A stretch of DNA of 46,018 nucleotides, taken from positions 7,327-53,344 of the forward strand of contig BLSG01000247.1 in assembly GCA_012862495.1 (NCBI GenBank), in the 5' to 3' direction. Shown here piece after piece: positions 11,122 through 22,698 of this stretch (within the stretch, counting starts at the first letter, position 1; every line of letters begins with the position of its first letter). This DNA comes from Thraustochytrium aureum. Taxonomy: Eukaryota. Both the position numbers and the translations under genes were made by a program. A model generated the notes under the pieces. That model made no database searches, was not told the origin of the DNA, and saw only the letters and a list, made by a program, of their open reading frames with translations.

Positions 11122-13104
11122 GTCGGCGCCGCGCCTTCGTTTGGGCGGCACTCCTGAAGACCTCCGACTGTGCTCGTGCACGAATGGTTTTAGATTGAGC
11201 AATAAGAGGGGTACTCTACCTGCGCAACGCGTTGGAAGACGTTGGCGCGGAGGAGAGGCTGGCTCTAGCTACAAAGTAGATACAGCACGAGGGAAGCAGC
11301 ATTTCGATCGAAAATGAGGAAGAGGGAAAGCTCGCGTTGTGTGTCACTATTCACGCTCGTCGGGCTAGGCCGCCGGAGCGCTCTGGTGCTTCCACCGAAG
11401 GCGAACAGGTGGCCGGCGAACAATAGTAAGGGAGGGAGTGGGAGTGAGACGTCCCGCGCAAAGGTCGCCGGTACACATCCGTCCGGAGGCGCACCATGCC
11501 GCACAGCGCGAGCAGGATGAGGAGCAAGAGGTACAGGTCATGCTGCCACGNNNNNNNNNNNNNNNNNNNNNNNNNNNNNNNNNNNNNNNNNNNNNNNNNN
11601 NNNNNNNNNNNNNNNNNNNNNNNNNNNNNNNNNNNNNNNNNNNNNNNNNNNNNNNNNNNNNNNNNNNNNNNNNNNNNNNNNNNNNNNNNNNNNNNNNNNN
11701 NNNNNNNNNNNNNNNNNNNNNNNNNNNNNNNNNNNNNNNNNNNNNNNNNNNNNNNNNNNNNNNNNNNNNNNNNNNNNNNNNNNNNNNNNNNNNNNNNNNN
11801 NNNNNNNNNNNNNNNNNNNNNNNNNNNNNNNNNNNNNNNNNNNNNNNNNNNNNNNNNNNNNNNNNNNNNNNNNNNNNNNNNNNNNNNNNNNNNNNNNNNN
11901 NNNNNNNNNNNNNNNNNNNNNNNNNNNNNNNNNNNNNNNNNNNNNNNNNNNNNNNNNNNNNNNNNNNNNNNNNNNNNNNNNNNNNNNNNNNNNNNNNNNN
12001 NNNNNNNNNNNNNNNNNNNNNNNNNNNNNNNNNNNNNNNNNNNNNNNNNNNNNNNNNNNNNNNNNNNNNNNNNNNNNNNNNNNNNNNNNNNNNNNNNNNN
12101 NNNNNNNNNNNNNNNNNNNNNNNNNNNNNNNNNNNNNNNNNNNNNNNNNNNNNNNNNNNNNNNNNNNNNNNNNNNNNNNNNNNNNNNNNNNNNNNAAAGA
12201 ACAAAGACAGTTCTCTCTTCTACGACGAACAACGAGCAAAGAGCAAGGAAGCGATTCCTGGGGCTCTTGACCTGTCGGTCTGGGTCTGGACTCTTGCGAG
12301 AAAGAAACAGAAAGAAGAAAGCGAATTGAAAAACGAGCAAAGAAGCGCTCGCGCGGTGAAGAGAAGGGCTCGTTGTGCGTTTAGGTTATCGCTCGTCACG
12401 AGTCCGTTTGTGCGTTACGAGCGACGTGCATCGAGGCATGTGGAGGTTTTCGCCGTGCGCATGATGCGCGCGCGCAGCCTTGGCACGCCTGGCTTCTGAG
12501 ATGGTAGTAACGCGCGCGCGGTCCCTGCGCGGGCGTCGGATGCTGTTTCCCAGGCTCGGGTGCTCGTACTTTAGCTTGCTCAAGCTCGTAGCTCTACTAG
12601 CTAGCTAGGGTTGAGATTTTTGAGGTGGAATGCCGTCGATGTGGAGCGCGCGTTCGAGCGGACCTCGCGCTTCGACGAGGCGGCACTCGCTGCGCTCTGC
12701 TTGGCTGCTTGGGAGCTCTGTCAAATGAGCCCCTACGACATGTCTGGATTTTGCGTCGGTTGGGTTGGTTTTGGCTTCGTCGCGCAGCGCAGGCTGCGGC
12801 ATAGGTCCGTTGCGTAGCGGCCGCAGAAGGAGCAAGATGTGATGGGCGGTGGAACGGTTTGTGAACGCCTGCTGCTGCGAGGTTCCAGAGCGCGACTGCG
12901 CCGCTCGCGACGGCGGGAGACGCGAAAAGACTGGCTCGGCTAGCTCTCTAGAGCTGGGAGAGTCGTCGTCGAGCCCACGAGGCTGCTTCTGCACGCGTCG
13001 TCGGCGTCTTGTCGCATCGGCTTGCTTCCTGTGCCGTCGATTCGGCGGCGCTGTGTGCGCTGTCGTATCGCTCTCGCTTTGGCCTGGCCGTTCAACACAC
13101 AGCT

Positions 13105-14047
13105 ATGGCGAACCGCGCGAGGGAGCGGCGGAATGTCGGCCGCAACAACCTCACGCCGCGACCTCCTCTTGGCGCGGCGCCACGAGTCCAAGGCAAGGGC
13201 GCGTTTGGGGCCAGCGTAGAAAACCACAGCGCGGGCAATCAGCTGCTCGAGCGACTCGAGGAAGCCGCGGAGCAAGTCTTGCGTAACGCCACGAACTCGA
13301 CGTACACGAAGCAGGGAGCTGCGCGCCAACCTTCGCTCGACGTTTGGGAGCGCGAGAACCCGTTTGAACCAGGCCCCCGCAAAAGCACATTCACAAGGCA
13401 CTTCACCGAGCTCGGCTCCACTACAAAGAGGCGCCCAGTATCTGCGAGCGCTGTCAGCCGCCTAGACCTGAGCAAGGTTGAAGGGTTCGGCCAGAAAGGA
13501 GTCGCCGAGCCTGCGACCGAAGTTCAAGTCCGCCGACCTGCTGCCGCGCCAAGTGCACGAAGTGCGGCAGCAGAAGATCGCGTCGGCCCGCCTTTTGCTT
13601 CAGGTAAAGGAAAAGTCTCGGGTGGTGCTTTCAGCGCGCGGGCTCCCGGACGCGCAACGGCACCACAAAGTGCGTTGGCTCGAGGGCGGGGAGAGCTGGG
13701 ACTGCGGCACTCACCAGCGGCGCCACACGAGCGCCAGAGACTGGGATCTGCACGAGGAGGCGGCGACGCGACCAAACCCGTACTTTGCCTCCTCTGAGCA
13801 CGCCGCCCGCGTTGCGGCGATCAAGCAGAGTCGAGGGCGCATCGATGCGTTTTCCAGGGAAAGCAACGAACGCGCAGCTGCAAAGGAAGCCGCGCGTCTC
13901 GTTCGGAAAGAACGGCCCCACCAAGGTACAGACGCGAGCCGTTTGTTTGGTGTCGTGGTTGAAAAGGAGCGCCAGAGGCGGTGGGTGCCTGGCCCCGCGA
14001 GCATTCGCCCGCGAATGTCGGTGTTTGAGGCCAGTCCAGGCTGGTAA
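13105..14047 (+). CDS. Hypothetical basic protein (frameshift at ~13490)
   Basis: Two overlapping ORFs (13009-13797 and 13478-14047) each have a protein-like half: MANRARERR...LDLSKVEG and ...RPNPYFASSEHAARVAAIKQSR.... I recognise no family. Confidence 0.45.
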
Positions 14048-14310
14048 GAGGGCAGAGCAAGGAGGATGTGGGTTGGGGAGACCTGCGGCTTGCACCAGGG
14101 AGGTGTGCTTGGCAGCCTTGCTCGAAACGAATGGGTTTCGTTTCACCGTGGAGCGGTCTCCAGACAAACGCGTTGGCCAGGCGCATGTAGGTATTATGCT
14201 TTTTACTCGGTTCTCATTTTTTCCTCGTCTGCTTTGGTTGGAATCGAATGTGAAAACGGACGACAACGCCCTCCCTCCGCGTCCCGCATTTTCCGCAAAC
14301 CGCCGGCTCG

Positions 14311-17300
14311 CTACGTCTGATAGCCTGAGTGGCCCTTGACCGAGAGCGGGGTGAGGACGTCGGCCTCGTCTTCGCCCAAACTGCCCACCGAGTTGAGGCT
14401 CGACGAGCGATCCGTGGGGCGGTAGGCGCCAAGGTCCGCAGAACGGGCAGCGCGCGGCGGCTTGGACGAGCCGAGGCCCACAGCTCGGCAAAGGTAGCGG
14501 ACGCTCGCCGCAGTCGCCGAGCTGATGGTATGACCAGCCTCACGCATCTCGAAAATGAGGAGAATCACGGCGGCCATCGAATAGGCAAACGCGTACTTGA
14601 GGGGAAACTCGCCAACCGTGCGCGAAGGAAAACCGTAGCTGGACGACACTCCAAACTCGTCCAGCTCAAACGAGTGCACGGCCCCCACAAACGAAAGCAC
14701 CGCCGCAAGGACCATCCAGCCAGCGGCGTTGCGGAACTGGCGATCGATAATCTCAACCAGCATGCTCGACAGGAAGATGCTCGAGAGGAGGTAGCCGCGC
14801 GAGAGTGCAATCAGCCCATACACGTACACCCCACTGCCCTCGAGCGTCTGCATGACGCGGTCGAACNNNNNNNNNNNNNNNNNNNNNNNNNNNNNNNNNN
14901 NNNNNNNNNNNNNNNNNNNNNNNNNNNNNNNNNNNNNNNNNNNNNNNNNNNNNNNNNNNNNNNNNNNNNNNNNNNNNNNNNNNNNNNNNNNNNNNNNNNN
15001 NNNNNNNNNNNNNNNNNNNNNNNNNNNNNNNNNNNNNNNNNNNNNNNNNNNNNNNNNNNNNNNNNNNNNNNNNNNNNNNNNNNNNNNNNNNNNNNNNNNN
15101 NNNNNNNNNNNNNNNNNNNNNNNNNNNNNNNNNNNNCGACCCGCATCACAGCCGAGGTTCCATTGGTAACTCCGAGCACAAGGACGCTGAAGGCGCTCAG
15201 GTACGAGTACTCGGCGGTGGCCCCCATGGACTTGAAGGCAGAGTGCCCGATGTAGATGCACGTCGGGAACGGGTTGCCACAGAGCGCGCCGACGATAGTG
15301 ACAAGCGCGTCCAGCGCAAGGCCCCAGCGCGTGCTGTACTCGTCGCCCACGGCGGCGGCGCCCTCCAGGCACGACAAGTTGGTGACAATGTTGACGATAA
15401 GCAGCGGGATGATCACCGTGATCGAGGACCAGGTGCGAGGGTCCGACAGCGCGGTAAGAACCTCCGGCAGCGCCGACTTGGGGAAAAAAAACGTCCCTTC
15501 AAGCTCACTCGAGGCGGCGTCGTTGACCGGCGACTCTGCAGAGGCAGGATCCATGAGCGTGATGCTGAACGCGTCAGCGACCCATACTACGATCGAGCCA
15601 AGCACGAGAGCGAGCAGGCCCGCCGGGATCTTGTAAGGGAGCTGGACGTTGGAGCCGTAGCAGACGAAGATGATGATGAGCGGGATGATAGCCACGGCCG
15701 GGTTGGAAAAGATCTGCACGGTGAACGTCATCGCGATGAACGTGAGCGAGACACCAGCCATGGCCGACATCATGGCCGCCCGGGGCACCACCTTGCGAAT
15801 ACGGTCCACGAGGAAAAGGCAGGGCAGCTCAAGCACTCCAAGCAGAAAGCACGAGGCGAGCCCGGTCCGGTAGGCCAGCTCAGCATCCCCGGTCTTCTGG
15901 AACACAGGGGCCATGATGAGCATCGTGAAGGCGAAGAAAAGCACGGTGCTGATCCCGTGCGGAAGCGCGGTGAACTGGCCGCCCTGGTTGGTTTTGGTCG
16001 AGCGAATAGCAAGCACCTCGGCCCAGCCGCCAAAGATGAGGTTGCTCAAAAACACTGTCAGCGTGGCCCCAGGGACAATCTTCCCAATCACAACAGACTG
16101 CTCGATCCCCACGCGGAAGCGCAGCGAGGAGAGCATGTTGAGCAGAAGAATGAGCGCGTTCAGGAATTGGCCAAACCCAGCATCCATGTTGCCAGCCGTC
16201 AGGGTGGTTCCAACGCGGGCACGAAGCGCCGCAAAGTAGCCCAAACTACTCTGCTCTGTAGCCCCGGCGCCCTTGAGCGCACCAGCACGGTCTGCGAGCC
16301 ACTGCTTGGAGGGCGAGCGAGAGATTGTGGCGCCAAACTCGGCGCGGTCAAGCGCGGTGTGGCCGACAGCGGCCCGCGCACCCAGGCCCTCCCCCGCTGT
16401 GCTCGCTTCATCTACGACAGCCACAGAGTGGCTCCATCCAGCGGCCACGGCGACCGCGTCCACTCCAAAGCACCGCACGCGGGACGGCTTGAGCTGCTCG
16501 GAGAAGGTGACACCAAGGCCGAGCTGGCCGTCGTCGTTGCGTCCAAACGCATAGATGCGCCTCGCGCCGTCGCTTGGGCGCGTCACGATTGCCAGCGTGT
16601 GGCGACCGCCTCCAGCGACGCTGTGCACAGAGGCCGGCAGCGTGTCGACGAGCACGGGGCACAGCGAGAAGGGCGCGTCGGGGGTGCGCACGCCGAGCTG
16701 TCCGTACTGGTTCCAGCCCCAGGCCCAGAGGGCCGTGTACTCGGACTCGCCGTGGTTGGTGCCGTTGTGCTCGCGCGCAAACTCCATGATGGCCAGGCTG
16801 TGCCGGTACCCGGCAGAGATCTGCGTGATGCGCACGTCTTGGCTTTGCTCAACGAGCTTGGGGAACAGGACCGGGCGCGGGCCAGAGCGCGAGGCGCGAT
16901 CGCTGAGGCCGAGCTGGCCGTACGTGCCCCATCCGAAGGCGAACAGCTTGTTCCGCAGGCCGCGCGAGGGCTGCTCGCTCGCCGGAGGCTCGGTCAGGAC
17001 CAAGGTGTGCCTGGAACCGCAGGCGATCTGCGACACATCGTCCATGCCCGCGAGGAGCCTTGGTTCGAGGACGGGCTCATCCGTGTCCTGGCCCGTTGCG
17101 CCGTCCTCGCTGCAGCCCCACGTGTACAGCTGGGCCTGCGCGGTGATCGCCACCGAGTGGACTCGGCCGCACGCAATGCTGACGATTTGGATGCCACTGT
17201 TTGACAGCGACTCGATCAGAGTCGGCACCTTGCAGGTTTCCCGCGAGCCGAGCCCACACTGCCCCTCGTCGTTGCGGCCCCACGAGTAGACCTGGCCGGT

Positions 17301-17721
17301 GGCCGAAAGGGCGAGCGTGTGGGCGCCGCGGGCGGCTACCTGGACGATAATGGTGTCCTCGAGCGCCTGCACGAGTCGCGGGATGCTGGCGAGCGAGACG
17401 CCTTTGGTCTGGCCGAGCTGGTAGTCGTCGCCGCGGCCCCATGAGAAGACGTTGCCGCGTTTCGTGAGCGCAACGGTGTAGCGGCTTCCGCACACCACTT
17501 GAACGACCACGCTCTTCTCGAACGAGGTCACGGCTTGGGGAACAACCTGTTGGCGTTGCGTTGCGCGCCGTTTGCAGAGGATCGGTCAGCCCCGCTCCGC
17601 CTCGCCCAGCGGCGCGCGCGCGCACCAGCAGCCCGCCGCCCACCTCTCGACTTACCCGAACCTCCGAGTCGCCATGGCCCAGCTGCGAGTTTTGGTTCCA
17701 GCCCCAGCTCAGAAGCACCAT
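14311..17721 (-). CDS. RCC1-repeat beta-propeller fused to an NCS2-like (xanthine/uracil) permease; intron 17547-17655; internal gap 14867-15136
   Basis: Exon 1 MVLLSWGWNQNSQLGHGDSEVR splices in frame (GTAAGT...GCTGAC...CAG). About 7 RCC1 repeats follow (SWGRGDDYQLG, SWGRNDEGQCG, WGWNQYGQLG, FGRNDDGQLG). Without a stop these lead into a polytopic membrane domain with GNMDAGFGQFLN, FTALPHGISTVLFF and GNPFPTCIYIGHSAFKSMGA. Confidence 0.85.
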
Positions 17722-18358
17722 CGCTGCTGTACGAAGTCGCGACCCAAGAGAGCCGTCGCCGCGCCCACAACCCACGGGCTCGGGCTCCGCGCGGGCTCGT
17801 CAGCCACCTCTTCGGCACCAAGCGGGCGCCGGCTTGTGCTCGCTCAGGCCGCGGCCGCGCTCGATGCTGGTCTGCCTCGGGCCGGTGCCACCGCGCAGCT
17901 GCCCGCCGCTCGCTCGTCCGCAGCCGCAGAGGCAGACAGACCTCTGCGCGTCTTTCTCCTTGACCCCTCGCACGCCTGCAATCCTGCTCTTGGTCAGCTA
18001 ACAACTGCACGAGCGCCGCACGGCGGGCGCGGCCTGTGCCGTGGAGGGTGGCGCCGGTGAAAGGGACTGCGGGTCGCGCAGGCGGAGCTGGGGCTGCGCG
18101 ACGGCCTGCAGCTCTGCCTGCGGCTGCAGCGCCATCCATGGTGATCGCAATCAGTGGCAAGGGCGACCGACGGGGCTTCGTCGTCGGATTGCCTGAGCTG
18201 ATGGAGTGGGGCTGCCGCCCATTCCATTCGTTCTTCCTTCCATTCATTCATTCTCATTCATCAGTCAGTTCATCGAGCAAGGTCAGGGTGCGGGCGCGGG
18301 GTGGTGGTCGGTCGGTTCGTCGGTCGTCGCCGCGGCCAAGTTGGGCATCGGGATAAGC

Positions 18359-19505
18359 CTAGTGCGGCGTGCCGATGTACAAGCCGTAGAGGCTCACGAG
18401 GAGCTCCAGAGTGATGAGGAAGATGATCATCCACTCGAGCCGCTCCGACTTGTGCGTGTGGATGAGCTCGACGAAGAAGCGCATGTTGTGCTGCAAGTAG
18501 TCGGTCTTGGTGTTCATAATGTCCCAGCGAGCGTCGATCTCAAACTCCTCGCGCAAGCCCTCCCAAATGGTAAAGTACTTTTCATAGCGCCACGCCGTGT
18601 CGCGCATCCGCGTGCGGTCAAGCACTCCAAGCTTGATAATAACCTCGGACAGCACCGTGTTGCTCTCACGCAGTATTTTAAACATGAGCTTGCTCTGCGA
18701 AGGGTTGTACGAGGGCTGCGAGGCCTCGGTTGCCTCGCTGTTCGCCTTGTCAAAGCTCTGCAGCATCCCGTCCACGACCTGCTCGAAGTGGCCGAGGGCC
18801 ACCGACTGGCCGAGCACGCTCGAGATAACGCGGATATTGTTGATGTCGAGTCGCTGCAGCACGAGCCGGTTTGCCTTGAAGACGCTCCACGTATCAAGCG
18901 CCCCGTCCACCTCGACAGTGAAGTCGTCGCTCACAGAAGTGCTCCCGGTAACAAAGCCCTCGCAAAACTTGCGCGCGTGTGCGATCGACTCGGTCTGCAG
19001 CACCTCGTCGCAGTTGAAAAACACGACGGCTCCGTAGTCGAAAAACACCGCGTACGGCGGGAAGTGGTTGTTGGTTGGCGACGTCGTGGGCTCGCCCGAA
19101 GCGGCCTCGGCATCCGTGTCGTCGCCAGCGAAGAGGCCCTGTGCTGCATCGTCCGGCGGGGGTGGGGGTGGCTGTACGTTGCGGGACCGTTTCGTAGACC
19201 CTGCTACCGTATTGGAGTTGAACGAGATGATCAGGCTGTCCAGCTCGAGCCAGTTGCGCTGCCTGCCGTACATTTTCTGAAACATGGGGACCACGTTGAT
19301 CTTCTTCGCGATGTAGTACGCGCGCACGTTGCCGACTCCTTCGTTCCGCGGCACGACAAACTTGGTCGGGTTTGCGTATTCGCTCTCCTCGTCACCGCCG
19401 AAGAAGCTCGGCGCGCTGCTGAGCGTCCTTTGGCCCAGCGACCAAGCTGACCAAGCTGGCCTGCCGGTGATCCCCCCCTTGTGCTGCGCAAGTTGCTCCG
19501 CGACG
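18359..19505 (-). CDS. RMD1/RMND1/Sif2 (DUF155) family protein (5' end in gap)
   Basis: VFFDYGAVVFFN, ISSVLGQSVALGHFE, LREEFEIDARW and HKSERLEWMIIFLITLE with a C-terminal TM helix. Confidence 0.9.
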
Positions 19506-20955
19506 NNNNNNNNNNNNNNNNNNNNNNNNNNNNNNNNNNNNNNNNNNNNNNNNNNNNNNNNNNNNNNNNNNNNNNNNNNNNNNNNNNNNNNNNNNNNNNN
19601 NNNNNNNNNNNNNNNNNNNNNNNNNNNNNNNNNNNNNNNNNNNNNNNNNNNNNNNNNNNNNNNNNNNNNNNNNNNNNNNNNNNNNNNNNNNNNNNNNNNN
19701 NNNNNNNNNNNNNNNNNNNNNNNNNNNNNNNNNNNNNNNNNNNNNNNNNNNNNNNNNNNNNNNNNNNNNNNNNNNNNNNNNNNNNNNNNNNNNNNNNNNN
19801 NNNNNNNNNNNNNNNNNNNNNNNNNNNNNNNNNNNNNNNNNNNNNNNNNNNNNNNNNNNNNNNNNNNNNNNNNNNNNNNNNNNNNNNNNNNNNNNNNNNN
19901 NNNNNNNNNNNNNNNNNNNNNNNNNNNNNNNNNNNNNNNNNNNNNNNNNNNNNNNNNNNNNNNNNNNNNNNNNNNNNNNNNNNNNNNNNNNNNNNNNNNN
20001 NNNNNNNNNNNNNNNNNNNNNNNNNNNNNNNNNNNNNNNNNNNNNNNNNNNNNNNNNNNNNNNNNNNNNNNNNNNNNNNNNNNNNNNNNNNNNNNNNNNN
20101 NNNNNNNNNNNNNNNNNNNNNNNNNNNNNNNNNNNNNNNNNNNNNNNNNNNNNNNNNNNNNNNNNNNNNNNNNNNNNNNNNNNNNNNNNNNNNNNNNNNN
20201 NNNNNNNNNNNNNNNNNNNNNNNNNNNNNNNNNNNNNNNNNNNNNNNNNNNNNNNNNNNNNNNNNNNNNNNNNNNNNNNNNNNNNNNNNNNNNNNNNNNN
20301 NNNNNNNNNNNNNNNNCCTCCCGTCGCGCCGGCTCGCTCGCTCGAGAGCTGGCAACTTTCAAGCGCAAAGGCAGAAAGTCGTCGTGCGTGCGACGCAAGG
20401 AGCCGGAAAACCGGTGTGCGTGCGTCCGGCGGGTCTGCAGCACCAGGTAGTTGATGACGTGGGCGCTCGGCGCAGGGGTTTTGGTGCAGAATGCGGGAGG
20501 GCGGGGGAAGGAGGAGGAGCTCTTGCTCTGGGTTGGAGCGGCTGTCCGTGCGCTTGCTCTTCCGCAATCAGTCATCCTGAAGTAAAAACTTGGAACGGCG
20601 ATGACTCACAAGCGGATGCAGTGAATGCCTCTGCCTGACGCCGCCAATTGATGCAGTGATCGCGATGCACCCGCGCGAGGCAGAGGGGCGGCCGGGAAAG
20701 GGGAGGATGAGGAAGAGGAGGAGGGGCGGGCGGGCGGGCGGCCGGGCTGGCTTGCATGATTCGAAAGGAGCGAGCTCGGCGTCCAGAGCTCGCGTTTTGT
20801 GAGGGCTGGCTACCCAGCAGGCAACAGCCGCAGCGTGCTCGGCATGGCAAATCCGCGCTCAACAATTCCCTAACTCGATTCGCGTTTCTGCACCCAGACA
20901 AGTTCATAGAGACAGTACGGCGAGCTAAACGACCCGGGCAACAAGTACAAGCGCG

Positions 20956-21690
20956 ATGGACGAGAACGGCGACGAGAAGGTCGTGGTCCTGGAGCTCTCG
21001 GAGCTGCTCGCCAAGAGCAATGTCAACCTGTGCTCCCACCCCGTCGTCAACCACAAGATGACCCAGTTGAGGCGGTCCGAGACCTCGAGCAAGCACTTTC
21101 GCGAGCTGCTGCGCGAGGTGACCCAATACCTAGGCTACATGGCGACGCAAGACCTGCAGACCAAGGCCCTGGAGGTCAACACGCCCGTCGACACCTTTAG
21201 CGGGTGCGAGCTGGCCACCACCGTCGGCATCGTGCCGATCATGCGCTCGGGGCTCGGCATGGTCGAGGCCATGCTGGACATCCTCCCCAACGCGCCGGTG
21301 TACCACCTTGGCATCTACCGCGACAACAAGTCGCTCCTCCCCGTGGTGTACTACAACAAGCTGCCGGCCGAGCAGGCCGTCCAGCGCGCCATCGTGCTCG
21401 AGCCGCTCATCGCCACCTCCGGCACAATCAACGCCGCTATCGAGATGCTCGAAGACTGCGGCATCACTGATGTGCACGTGATCGCTGCGATCGGGTCGCG
21501 CCAGGGCCTGAGCCACCTCATCAAGCAGCACCCGAACGTCAAGGTGCACATTGCCGCCATCGACGACAAGCTCACGGAGCGCGGGTACATCTCGCCAGGT
21601 CTCGGGGATTCGGGCGAGCGCCTCAACAACACTGGGGTCCCGCTCGGCGAGGAGGTCGTGCCCGAACCGAAGCGCCAGAAGCTCGCCTAG
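20956..21690 (+). CDS. UPRT: Uracil phosphoribosyltransferase
   Basis: HPVVNHKMTQLR...FRELLREV, IVPIMRSGLGM, HLGIYRD, LEPLIATSGT (PRPP loop) and GYISPGLGDSGER. The ORF is intact. Confidence 0.93.
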   Translation: MDENGDEKVVVLELSELLAKSNVNLCSHPVVNHKMTQLRRSETSSKHFRELLREVTQYLGYMATQDLQTKALEVNTPVDTFSGCELATTVGIVPIMRSGLGMVEAMLDILPNAPVYHLGIYRDNKSLLPVVYYNKLPAEQAVQRAIVLEPLIATSGTINAAIEMLEDCGITDVHVIAAIGSRQGLSHLIKQHPNVKVHIAAIDDKLTERGYISPGLGDSGERLNNTGVPLGEEVVPEPKRQKLA

Positions 21691-22158
21691 GCAAGAGTCT
21701 TCGCTGGTTAAAACGCGCATGCGCGCCGTGCGTGCCGGCCCAGCCCGCAGGCTGGTTGGCCGGGTCGGCTCGGGCGAACCAATCAACCACCCAGCTCGCT
21801 CAACCGCCCGCCGCGCTTTGTAAACGACAGGCGTGTGGCTCCTTTGATGCTCTTTTGATTTCAAGGTTGAACTTGATTGAGAGAACGACACTAATTCGAA
21901 ACCAACCATTTGCGCATTCACCTGCTGCTCTCTGCGTCCGGCGACGGGCGCCCCTCTCCCCTTGCTTGAAGGAGACGAGTCTTCGGCTTTCAGCAATCGA
22001 TGCCCGACCGACAGGCGGCGTAGAGGCTGCCTCGAACGCACGGAGCTTCAAGTTCGAAACGTGCAAACCAGTTGGTATTGGTGCAAACTATTGCTTGTCA
22101 AAGTTGCCGCCCCGACAACGGCGAGGCGGCGCGGCGCGAACGGTCCAGCGCAGTTGCC

Positions 22159-22698
22159 CTACAACACACCGGCAAGGCCGAGCACGACAACGAGCGCTAA
22201 AAGGAAGCCACGCAGAGGCGGCCTCACGAAAAACAGGATCGGGAGAAAGAACTGGAGCCGTTGGAACACAAACGATGTCACTGCGCTGAAGAGAGACAGC
22301 ACTAGAATCATTGCCAATGCGACAAACACCTGCGCGGGCACGGCCTTCAGAACCGGCTGCAGCCAGGCCGGCGCTACCTCTGCAAGGGATTGGCCATTTA
22401 TCGACACAAACGTCGCCCCGCCTGGACCGGATCCCATGGAAGTGAACGTGAAGCCAGCTGCATTGCTTCCTCCTCCAGCAGCGGCCCGCTCTCGGCTGGC
22501 GCGCTCCATCGTCGCAAACATCTCCTGAAAGATGTCGTGGGGGCTGTGCTGCGGCGCGCTTACGGCCTGGTCCAAGCCGTAGCGCTCGTAGTGGGCGCGC
22601 GTACCTTCATCGCGGAGGCAGACAAAGGCTTGCGACACCTTCTTGAAGGCGTCCTCGCCGCCCTCGAGCCTGCACTTGTCCGGGTGGAGCCGAAGCGC
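22159..22698 (-). CDS. DnaJ/Hsp40 J-domain protein with C-terminal TM helices (DNAJB12/14-like; 5' end in gap)
   Basis: ALRLHPDKC...GEDAFKKVSQAFVCLRD...RAHYERYG, then a G/F-rich segment and 2-3 hydrophobic helices. Confidence 0.85.
   Translation of the reverse strand, partial: ALRLHPDKCRLEGGEDAFKKVSQAFVCLRDEGTRAHYERYGLDQAVSAPQHSPHDIFQEMFATMERASRERAAAGGGSNAAGFTFTSMGSGPGGATFVSINGQSLAEVAPAWLQPVLKAVPAQVFVALAMILVLSLFSAVTSFVFQRLQFFLPILFFVRPPLRGFLLALVVVLGLAGVL

Noticed and set aside
16400..17721. UVR8 photoreceptor
   Set aside because: The repeated GWRHT Trp motifs are absent and the propeller is fused to a permease.
17528..18247. 239-aa minus-strand ORF upstream of the RCC1 gene
   Set aside because: It is low-complexity Arg/Ala sequence starting in a (CATT)n repeat and overlapping the first exon of the real gene in another frame.
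15243..19450. Long + strand ORFs (653 aa, 414 aa) and similar antisense ORFs elsewhere (e.g. 27188-28597, 44076-45098)
   Set aside because: They are stop-poor antisense frames caused by high GC3 in the real genes on the opposite strand.
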